NCBI RefSeq assembly: GCF_037042905.1
Contig: NC_087258.1
Location: forward strand, 23,622,001-23,686,000
Reading direction: 5' to 3'
Length of the DNA: 64,000 nucleotides
Source: Lytechinus pictus
Lineage: Eukaryota
Shown: positions 20,488 to 32,300 of the stretch, piece by piece
Position numbering within the stretch: the first letter of the stretch is position 1
Layout: each line of letters opens with the position of its first letter
Made by a program: the position numbers and the translations under genes
Notes under the pieces: model-generated
Told to the model about the DNA's origin: nothing
The model's database searches: none
Seen by the model: only the letters and a program-made list of their open reading frames with translations

Positions 20488-20749
20488 NNNNNNNNNNNNN
20501 NNNNNNNNNNNNNNNNNNNNNNNNNNNNNNNNNNNNNNNNNNNNNNNNNNNNNNNNNNNNNNNNNNNNNNNNNNNNNNNNNNNNNNNNNNNNNNNNNNNN
20601 NNNNNNNNNNNNNNNNNNNNNNNNNNNNNNNNNNNNNNNNNNNNNNNNNNNNNNNNNNNNNNNNNNNNNNNNNNNNNNNNNNNNNNNNNNNNNNNNNNNN
20701 NNNNNNNNNNNNNNNNNNNNNNNNNNNNNNNNNNNNNNNNNNNNNNNNN
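20488..20749. other. Assembly gap
   Basis: N run. Confidence 1.
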
Positions 20750-23151
20750 TAGTATTTACTACGTATCAAAAAGCATATGCAGTATATAAGCCGTATAACT
20801 TACGATAGATTACCCATTCAGCACGAATGGTACAGTCATGTTGGTCTTCCGTGGGCTCCAACAGGGATTAAAAAAAGGAAACAAACATGTCCAATCATTA
20901 AAATATAAATTCTAAGAATAAAAATGCAATTAACACAAAACATTACGTTAACCTTGACAATGAAATGTCAAGAATTCATACATAAAATCATAAACATATA
21001 CCTTATCTTTAAGAACATAAATAAAAGTAATAAAAGTAATCGACACAAAACACAAAAAAGTGGGGAGCATTTCATCAAGTTTTTTATGTCCAATAAGTTG
21101 TCGGATCTGACAACTGTCCTTGATTTTGATGAGCGAAGGAGCACTGTTACTCTGGAAACTGTCGAATAACACAGAACTTGTCGATTAAAACATCTAACAA
21201 ATTCTTTCATGAAACGCTCCTCTGGTCACAAATCCAGGGGACCGGAGACCCCCAACTTAAGACCAAAGTTTAGTGTTTTTCGTTTTTGGTGCGGCACAGA
21301 TGTATTATATCATGTGATAATTCGAGTACCCCCCCCCCCCGGGGACACAAAACAAAACGCAATCTGAAGTGGCAATGGTTTCGTATCAAAGATCACCAAG
21401 AGGTAGTCGTTTCCATATTTTTTCTTTTTCTTGACAAATATCGTTAAAAACTATTAAATCTTCAGAAATATTCGTGCTATCATGACGAAAGTAGTATGAT
21501 AACAGGATGCGTATCTTGTTCTTACCATAAAAGACCATGATGGTATCATTATCATCCAATGCAATCAAAGGAGCTTTTGTTTAAAAAGAATAAAACTTGG
21601 AACAAAATTTATGCCAAAATTTGATGTTCATCTAGGATTAAGAATAATTCATAGTATTTGTACATATTATTCAAAATATTGAGCATTATAATGGTAATTT
21701 AGCAAGCATATTTTGTTTCAGTCATCCTAATCTACATCTCCAAATGGAACTGTTCTTTGCAATTATATTTGCATAGTAGCCATATAAAATAATTTGGCTT
21801 AATCTTATTTAAACATTTGCCCAATCTGGATTTAACGATAGTTTAAAAAGCTTGAAAACTTCTTGTAAAAACTAAAAATAATTCAATTCTTTTATTTTCC
21901 ACTTTAAATTTGTCATTTATATTAATGATACAGATAACAAAATAGTATCATAATTTATATTGAAATCACATTTAAAGGATATGCAAACATAATAACATAT
22001 ATATTACAATAAACAATTATCAAAACAATTGAAACCTATTGTTTGTATAGCGGAGGTATGGTTAATTTTACCTTTTTGATCCATGGAAACTACACATAGA
22101 TCATGTAGAGATACCAAAATACATGTGAAGTTTTGACTCCGACTACAACCCCTGGTACAAACACGCACACACACACTCTCACACACACCCTCATACACAC
22201 ACGTTTTAAACATCTGTCAGTGAATATACACTGGTTCTTTTCAGTTTTCAGTCAAAATGATAGAAAACTCGAGATTTGATACAAAATCTCTCAAAGGCCA
22301 AAGCTCAGAGACAAGATCTCATGCAAGACCAACGTAGATAATTGAAAGATTGACATTTATAATGCCCCCATCACTCACATGGAAACGTGAGAAGAAACAA
22401 TCAGGGACAGTTTGCAAGAAGCATTGCGTTTAAATATATCTCCAAAGAATTAATCGTAATTCCTAAATAAGAGCGTATGATTGGCTCAAACTCAAGTTAC
22501 ATTTGATTCCTGGTGTTACGTTTGATTGCAACGTACTCCTCCTGCGACGGGCTAAGAACATGCAGAATGTGTAAAATACCTTAACCAAACATCTCTAGGG
22601 CGGGTCCCGTAAAAGGACTGGGTCAGGGGCATATTTTGGTGGGTTAAGAAAAGCCTTTAAAGTTCTCGCATCAGGGTCCTGGGAACTACTGTTCCAATTT
22701 GACAAGCCCCCCCCCCAAAAAAAAAAGGGGGGGGGGGGTTGCTACAAAATGGATGTCAGTTTGGTCCAGGAAAATTGACAAGCCAAAAGGAATAAAAGGG
22801 GAATCTCGATACAAAGTGAAACTGATTTTGATTAATTTTCTGCTATATAGCATACCCAACAGATTTCTAGGGGTTCTGCCTATGATGAATAGTAATACGT
22901 ACAGCACCCCCTAGGTAGATCTAGATCTTTGGGGGACTTCTGCACCCCAGCACCCCCACTTCCCAGGGCCATGTCTCTCATGGCATACCATCGCGAATTT
23001 GCTAGCTGCGCGGCGAATGATTACACCAGCAATCACAATGGAAAATAAAAAATGAAGTTATGACATAATACTGTCTAGAGTTTTGGCATCTTTGGTAAAG
23101 GCCGGGATTCAGTCTTGTCGCACCCCCTCACTTTATCGCCAAAATCCATCT

Positions 23152-23160
23152 CTATATATA
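23152..23160 (+). promoter_or_regulatory. Candidate TATA box of the ZP-domain gene
   Basis: CTATATATA in a GC-richer patch about 180 bp upstream of the ATG. Confidence 0.3.
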
Positions 23161-23336
23161 CGCCAGCTGAGAGCCTGCGCGCGGAACCTCAAAAAGCCTC
23201 CATGCTTGGGGACTGCCTGAAACTCTAGAACTTGCAAAACATTAGAGCAAGGAGTTATTTGGTGAAAGCTTGGCGAAAATATCTCTCAGTAGTTGGTCAG
23301 AGATTGTGTCTATTATAGTTTGGAGCCAGCATCGAC

Positions 23337-26300
23337 ATGATAGAAGGCCTGAATATGGTTCGTCTTCCCTGGTTGGTCTTTATTCTGCAAGGTAAGGATA
23401 TGTCCATTTATACTTTCAAGTAAGACGTAATTAAGAACAGCATTTCTTTCCAGAACCTGACCTAGAACTTTGTGTGGTTTGTTTTGGCTTCATTTTCCGT
23501 ATCAAAATGAAAGCAATACTAATCTTCCAAAAATGTTTTCAACTTCTTATTCTTATTGTAAGTTTGAATGTAATTCAATCCCAATAAATATCATGGAACA
23601 TTGTAGTAATTCAGGAAAAAACAAATTGAAATTGCAGACCATTACTCTTGATTCGAGAAGTAAAACGTGACATTCATAAATGGTTTATTTCCTTTATGCA
23701 TCGAACCCTGGTTACAGCCACAGAAAACTATAACTTTCAAATTTCGAAAATTTCTTAAAGGTCAAGTCCACCCCAGAATAATGTTGATTTGAATAAATAG
23801 AGAAAAATCAACCAAGCATAACACTGAAAATTTCATCAAAACCGGATGTGTGTGTATTTGAGTTTTGTCAGACGTGTATCAATCAGATATGATTATTTAC
23901 GTCTGGGACCGACCTTTAACGTCACCATCCGAAAGACGTGACCAGGGCTCGAACCTCTGCATCAATTTGTAACTTCCCCGCATAGCTTGGATTACAGGCG
24001 CACGCCACAACGCCCAGTTGTAAAATAAGGAAGTTTTTACATTTGAAAGTTTCGCTTTTTTCACAACAGTTATATGCACAACCAAGTGATAATTAATAGA
24101 GTCAATGATGTCCCTCACTCACTATTCGTTTTGCTTTTTATTGTTTGAATTATACAATATATTTTTTACGATGTTACAATAAGTACCAACTTGACTGAAC
24201 CATAAAATGTTATAAATCTACATGTTCAGGGAGGCACAAATCTTTGTTTTCACATGACAATGAGGAGAAAATGAAAATATTTATTTTCGTAAAATACAAA
24301 AGAAATAGTGAGTGGGTGACGTCATCATTCAACTCATTTGCATACCAACCATGATGTGCATATAACTGTTTTGTGAAATTCAGTGAAACAAAACTAAATA
24401 TCATAACTTTCCTATTTTACATCCGATTTTGATGAAATTTTCAGTGTACAGTTATGCTCGTTGGATTTTTCTCTTTGTATTCGAATCAATTTTTTTTGCT
24501 GTGGTGGACTTGCCTTTATAAGCAATCATTCAGCTTATGATTAAGGAAAATTCCACGATATAGTCTGCTATATACAGGTTTGCTCGAACATCATTATGCA
24601 AACTTGGAAGCTGAAAACCCCCACCCCAGTATTAAAGGAACCACCGACGACGCCAAAGGCCGAAAAAAACTGTTTTCTACTGTTTTTGTGATGTGTTACC
24701 CCCCCCCCTCCCCCTCCCTCTCCCCGTGCGTGCTGGGACATGATCGTATCTTCATTGCTGGTATGCTTTACGATTGTTTCTCCTGTCTTTCTCAGGTTTC
24801 CTGCTAAATGTAAGTTCTTCAAGTGCAGAAGAAGGTAAGTGCAAACTGTCAATGTAACTTACTGTGTAAGCAGGGCTGGGGGATACAGGGTCTGGGGCAA
24901 AAGTGATTATCGCGTCCCATTCTTCATTACCTTTCATCAAATTAAACTATCAATTTAATTTCTTTTGTTATTCCCCTTTTTTTTACCTTACCATCTCTCC
25001 CTCTCCTCTCTCTTTCTCCACTTGTCACTTTTGACCCTGTTCATGCAGCCCCTGAAAGTTGGGGCTAGACCCAAGGACTTTATCCCCTCTGTATAAACTG
25101 CTGATTAGGCAGCTAAGTTGGCTAAAAGAAGTAGATCTCGATGCATTAATAGGGCCTACCTGGGAGGGATGTTTGTCAGTGGGTGTGCGTGTGAATGTAC
25201 GAGAAATGAATCTGGGTTAAGGGTGGGTGGTTGTGACAGGTCGAGGGTGGGTCCTATATGGGTGGGTGGGTCTGTAGTGGCTGAGTGTGAGTGGGTGGTG
25301 GGTGTGAGAGATGGGAGGGTGCGCTGTATATGGATGGCTTAAGGGTGGGTATGATAGGTCTAGGGTGGGTCTGTAGTGGCTGAGTGTGAGTGGGTGGTGG
25401 TGTGAGAGATGATCGAGGGTGCGCTGTTTATGGATGGGTTAAGGATGGGTGAGTATGATAGGTCTAGGGTTGGTCCAATATGGGTAGGTGGGTTTGTAGT
25501 GGCTCAGTGTGTGATAGATCGAGGGTGGGGCTAGGATGGGTGAGTGTGATAGATATGAGGGTAGGTTTAGGGTGGGTAGGTGTGAGAGATGGGAGGGTGT
25601 GCAGTGTATCGGTGGGTTAAGGGTGGGTGCATGATAGATCGAGGTTGGGTCCAATATGGGTGGTCTTGAGTGGGTGAATGTGATAGATATGAGGATAGGT
25701 TTAGGGTGGGTGTGAGAGATGGGAGGGTGAGCAGTATGTGGGTGGGTTGAGGGTGGGTATGATAGATCGAGGGTGGGTCCTATGTGGGTGGTCTTGAGTG
25801 GGTGAGTATGATAGATATGAGGGTGGGTTTAGTGTGGGTGGGTGTGAGAGATAGGAGGGTGTGCAGTGTATGGATAGGTTAAGGGTGGGTGAGTATGATA
25901 GGTCGAGGGAGTCTATGGTGGGTGAGTGTGATATATATGAGTGTGGGTGGGTGTGAGAGATGGGAGGGTGTGCTGTATATGGGTGGCTTTGTAGTGGCTC
26001 AGCGTGATAGATCGATGGTGGTGCTGGGCGAGTGAGTGTGATAGATATGAGGATGGGTGGGTGTGAGAGTATGTGCAGTATATGGTTGGGTTAAGGGTGG
26101 GTGAGTATGATAGAGCGAGAGTGGGTCTACATGGGTGAGTGCGATAGATATGAGGGTAGGCTGGGTGAGTGTGAGAAATTTATTGTTCTAAGAATGTTGT
26201 CATAAATCAAGATGTCTTGTACGTATTCGAAAAAAAAAAAGACTAGGCGACTAGGATATTTCAGTACATCCTTCATAAATTTGAAAATATTCAGATAGGA

Positions 26301-29300
26301 CGCATATGCTTCATCTTAATATATTAGCTATCTAGAGCTATTGTTTTTCTTTACTCCCTGGTAAATCTACAGAACGAATAGCAATTGTATCGACGAATAC
26401 AAGATTTTATCTCTCAAAGGGACCAAGCTACAACTTCAATCAGTTACCCATATCTGTCGGGAGCCCAGGAGGACTTGACTTTGATGGGGACATCGATATG
26501 ATATTTTGGACAGATTCCAACTCTAGAACGATAAAACGAGCAAAACTTGATGACACACGATCGACTCGCGTTATTTCTACTGAGAGTGGTAAGGAAATGT
26601 AATATGCTCCTGTATAGCAATGGCAATATTGTAATGATCTTGTAAATGGTATAAATGTATAAGGTGTAGTAAACCAGTAATATCAGTTAAGCGAATCCTG
26701 CGAGAGAAAAAAAATGGATCTTGATAAAGGGAACACATTCTCCTGGTCTTTACCCTTATTCGAAAAATCCTCGCGCAGTAACATACTGATAAAGTTAGTA
26801 GAATTCAGTTTAAAATATCCAATCCCCGAATTATGTCCATACAATTTACGTTGCCACGTATATAAGTGTACTTAGAGAACAAGTCCACCCTAACAAAAAA
26901 TATTTGAATAAAAAGAGACAAACCCAACAAGCACAACACTGAAAATTTCATCAAAATCAGATGTAATATAAGAAAGTTATGACATTTTAAAAATCGTTTT
27001 ATTAAAAAAATCCCGAAACAGTTATATGCTTATCCTGGCCGGTGTGCAAACGAGGGGACTAATAACGTCACGCACTCACTATTTATTTTGGATTTTAATT
27101 TATGCGTATTTTCTCCTTATTGTCCTGTGAAACAGAGTTTTATTCCTCCCTGAACATGTCGAGTTAAAGGGGAATACAGCCTTGGCCATTGAATGATGTG
27201 TTGGGAAGGTGTAAAATAAATCAAACAGAATGGTGAAAGTTTGAAAGAAATCGGACAAGCAATAAGAAAGTTATAGCTGCTTTAAAATTGAGATCACTAA
27301 TACTATGTAGATTTCAAATTGGCAAATGGGTAAGTAAATTATGACAAGGGGCAAGGACAACTTTCCCATAGGCCATGTACGTTATTATCAGGGATTTGTG
27401 GTTTTCTCCTAAAGTACCCATTCCCCTGGGGCAGTAATCTAAATATAACCCAGGTAGTATATCGTTTTATGTCCTCATGAAAGAAAAATATAATTTGAAA
27501 TAAAACTTTTGGGAAAAATGACATTTTAGCCATAATATGTATTGGAATACATGGAATAGTAGTCCTTGCCTTACATCACTATGACATCCCATATGCGGCC
27601 AATTTGAAGTCTCCATGGGTATAGTGATTACCAATATTTACAACTTTTAAAAATTCATAACTTTCTTGTTTGTCCAATATTGTTCAAACTTTCACCTATC
27701 AACTTGTCTGATTTTTCTTTTTCTTATAAAAACAAGTTTTTATTTGGGTTGGATTCCCCTTTAACATTCTTTTAACATATCATGGTTCAGTAAAGTTGGT
27801 CCTGATGTCACATCATCATCGAATCTATCATTTTCATGTTACAGATTTGTGAATATAACTCTTTTGTGAAAAATATGCGATACTTTAAAATGTCATAACT
27901 TTCTTATTTCACATCCGATTCTGATGAATAATTCAGCGTTACGCTTGTTGGCTTTCAATTTCAAGTTCAATTTCAATTTATTTACCATCTTTAATAATAA
28001 GTGCACATAAAAATCTGACATGAAATACAAATACATATTGTTTAAAGATAGAGGGATACCCGTAATAAGCACAGTGCTTGTAAGCAGGGTCCCAACATAA
28101 ACATTTGAGGTAAACATTATAATACAAATTATACATTATAACATAATACAAATTATACATTAAAACACATATGTAACAATAAACACACACACACACACAC
28201 ATATGCATATACATAAATTAGAGAGAGAGAAACAGAAAGAGAAGGGGAGACAGTGTAGATGGAAGAGATAGAAAGAAAAGAGTCATGATAAAAACCATTC
28301 ACAATTAAAGAAAAGAGAATTTAACATCGTATAGATAATACATTGTAACTCAGTATGAATTCATTTTAGTAAAGTACTGTCTTTTTTAAGAGAGTTTGAA
28401 TTTGGAAAGTGTTGAACTTTGTTGAGTAATGTGGTCATGGCTATTCCACAATTTGATATATTGCACACGGAATGAATTTAAGACCATGGAAGAGGAATCC
28501 TTGGGTTGATAAAATAATTTACATTGACGCGTGTTATAATCATATACTGTTGAGTTAAGAGTAAACATATTATCAAATATCTTTGGCAAAATCCCAGATT
28601 TGTATTTATACATGAAAATAAGGGAATCCATAAAAATGAGATCAATGATTCAAATCAACGTTTTTTGGCGTGGACTTGACCTTTAAAAAATCTTAATATC
28701 TTCTTTCTAGACCCAGGAGCAATCGCAATTGACGAGAATGAAAATCTGATATTTTGGACCCACTACGTCTTGAATCGCTATAAAAGGACAATTGAAAGAG
28801 TCACATACGATGGCCGCGAAAAGACTATAATCATTGAAGGAGATCGATACTTGTCTGTTCACTCCATTGTGTTGGACAAAATCACAAGGTATGTTACAGG
28901 TCTTTGAAATATTTTATATGATCAGCCTCAAGTAGATCCTGATATTTATTTCCCAGCTAGAAAGAACACATGCACAATTCCCAAGAATGTTCTGTAATCT
29001 GATTGGTCCAAATCGGATCACATGATATACAGCGAATTGCAATATTGCATCCAAAATGCACTATCCTGTACTCTGACGTCATACAAAATTTACTATCTTG
29101 CACTCTGACGTCGGAGTGCAGGATAATGCGAAGTCTGGAATTATCTAGAATTTAGATCAAATATAGCATTGGGGCAACTCAGTAACATGTAGGGGGGGGG
29201 GGTGCATAAAACAAACAATGCACGCATTCTTGTGCATAGAGGACCTAAATAATGAGCACTGTCCTGCGGACCTCTGTGCGGTATATCCATTGGCTCTTCG

Positions 29301-32300
29301 CGCACATAGTTCATTATTTGGCCCTGCATGCACGCGCTCACGTAAAGTATTTGTATATTGTTAACAGACAGAGAGTTCACATAGTATGTATGTGAAGATG
29401 TGTTGCACAGTGTTGAAGTGGTTAATTTATTAGTGTGGAGATATAATTTCACGTCGTGGACACCTCGGCAGTGGACATGTTCACAGCTGCATTGAAGTGT
29501 GTTCACAGTGTGCTCACAGTGTAGACTAAGGGAAAATGTGAGTCACCCTATTAAAATATATCACACGTATAACAGCGTGGATGTGGATTTCTCTTTGTGT
29601 TTCACACTGCGAACAGACTGAACACACAGTAAACACACTGTGCACACACAGTAAACACATTGTGAACACACAGTGCACACACTTTGAACATACTGTAAAC
29701 GCAAATTGAACACCCTGTGAACCAGTGTTGTAGATTGTAGTCAAGGCTCAAACCTCCAAGGCCAAGGCCTTAATACCCAAGGCTAAGGCTTTAATACTAA
29801 AGGCCAAGGCCAAGGCCAAGACCAAGGCCTGAAAACCTCAAGGCCGAGGCCAAGGCCAAGGCATTTCAAATGATATGGAACAATGAGCCAACAATGCTTA
29901 GGCGGCAGACATGGTACACAGGGCAAACTGTATAAAAGGTGTGAGCGAGCAAAATTTTGACCCTTGTACATGTAAAACAAAAATAGTTTCATGACAGATT
30001 TAGACATAATATTTAAATAATAATGAAGTTACTTTTGTACATTTAATACATTATTTTTCTAGGCGATTTACATTGTAATAATTATCATTACCACGGTCAT
30101 CTGATCCTGGCATGCCCATTCTCAACGAATGTATTTCTCCACTCCCCGTGACAGGGGCAGCAGAACATATTTTGTTTAGGGGTGGGGTCAAAGCCAAAAA
30201 GGGCACTTATATGTCAAAATTGACATTTTGGTGCAAGCAGACATTTCGTGAAATAAGACATGAAAATTAAACATTCCGAGCTGTTTTTAACCAAACAATT
30301 AACGCGAGCGCGAACTAAAATAAGAAAAGGAAGCTGTTAAAGACTGCATTTAGTCACTCATAAATAGGATTCATAACTCACCAATCAAAATAATGCGAGC
30401 GCAAGTTGAAATTTTCAGATGCTGACCTGAAAATTAGTCATTTTTAGGGCTTTTGTCAGTTTTCATGTTTTTTCTGCTTACAACCACTATAATTTCAATT
30501 ATCATGTATCTTCTAGTCTTTTTTTACATCAAAAACTGGAATAAAGAATACTAACAAATTGAAGTTATATTCAAAAGAATACAAAATAAATGGGGCGCAC
30601 CCCATACCCTTATTGGGGGAGGATAAAACTTAATTATTTCTTGAAACAGTAAAATAGAGTTCTCTTTTATTACACAAAAACAAATTCGCTGTTTATTTCC
30701 TTAAAACTGTATTGAAATGAAATTCACTGTCAAACCATAGGATTGAAAAGAAAAAAAATGACTTTGTTTTGTCAATCTGAGACACTAGACCTAACACAAA
30801 ATTATATACAATTTAGAAAAGATGTAAGTCCTGCCCATCAACATATTAATTAATTTTGCAGTATATTCTGCCTAACCGACCAAATGTGTCACCCCCGTCC
30901 TTTCTTACGCTCTCACATGTTTATCCCCCTTCTCCTCTCTCTCTCTCTCTCTCTTCCCATTCCTTTTTTCTCACCTGTTTAAAAAATATCAGAACCCTGC
31001 CCCCCCCCCCAAAAAAAAAAAAAAAAAAAAAGAGAGAGAGAGAGGAAGTTCCACCACAAAGCATAGACTTAGAAAAGGAAAAAAGGAGATGAAAAAGAGT
31101 AAATGTGATATTATTTTCTAAACATATTGTCACAATCTATCACAAAATTAGCTTTTCTTATAGTAAGAGGGGTGAAAAATTTTGCTTGCTCGTTCGTATT
31201 CAACTTTTTTTGGCAGAAATTTTGAATTTTGCTCTATATGCCATGCTTGGCCGCTCAAAATTTTTGACTCATCATGCCATTGACAAAGCCCATTTTGGAT
31301 ATGACAAATTTGGAGATTGTGTTCAAGTTAACCAAATCTTTTCAGAATATCATTAAAGGTCAAGTCCACCCCAGAAAAATGTTAATTTGAATAAATAGAG
31401 AAAAATCAAACAAGCATTATGCTGAAAATTTCATCAAAATCGGATGTAAAATAAGAAAGTTATGACATTTTAAAGTTTCGCTTATTTTTGATAAAACAGT
31501 GATATGCACAACTCAGTGACATGCAAATGAGGCAGTCGATTATGTCCCTCACTCACTATTTTTTTGGGTTTTTATTGTTTGAATTATACAATTTTTCAGT
31601 TTTTACATATTTGACAATATAAGGACCAACTTGATTGAACCATATAGTATTAAACAATGCTAATTGCACTTGTTCAGGGAGGAATTAATCGTTGTTTCAC
31701 ACGACAACAGGGAGAAAATTTGAATATCTCATATTTCACATAATAAAATATAAAAGAAATAGTGAGTGATGTCATCAGTCTCCTCATTTGCATACCGACA
31801 AGGATGTGAATATAACTCTTTTTTGGGGAAATTAAGCGAAACTTTAAAATGTCATAACTTTCTTATTTTACATCCGATTTTGATGCAATTTTCAGCATAA
31901 TGCTTGTTTGATTTTTCTCTATTTATTCAAATTAACATTTTTCTGGGGTGGACTTGACCTTTAATGATATTCTGAAAAGATTTGGTAAACTTGAACACAA
32001 TCTCCAATTTTGTCATATCCAAATGGGCTTTGTCAATGGCATGATGAGTCAAAAAATGTTAGCAGCCAAGCATGGCATATAGAGCAAAATTCAAAATTTC
32101 TGCCAAAAAAAGTTGAATACGAACGAGCAAGCAAAATGACATTTTCAGTGTTATGCTTGTTGGATTTTTCTCCTTTTATTCGAATCAACTTTTTGCTGGG
32201 GTGGACTTGTCCTTTAAGACTTAAAACATTCTTGTTGACCAAAGAAAATAATATGAGGAAAATCCTAATGGAATAGAAATCAACCTTGTTATCATTCTTC

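Noticed and set aside
20161-20808. ORFs spanning GA/GTA microsatellites and N gaps (also 53689-54282)
   Set aside because: Low-complexity and gap artefacts.
23975-24019. Human Alu contamination or a true 7SL gene
   Set aside because: Only the ~45-nt head is Alu-like. The body is non-Alu, is embedded in a host MITE, recurs as diverged copies, and has no S domain.
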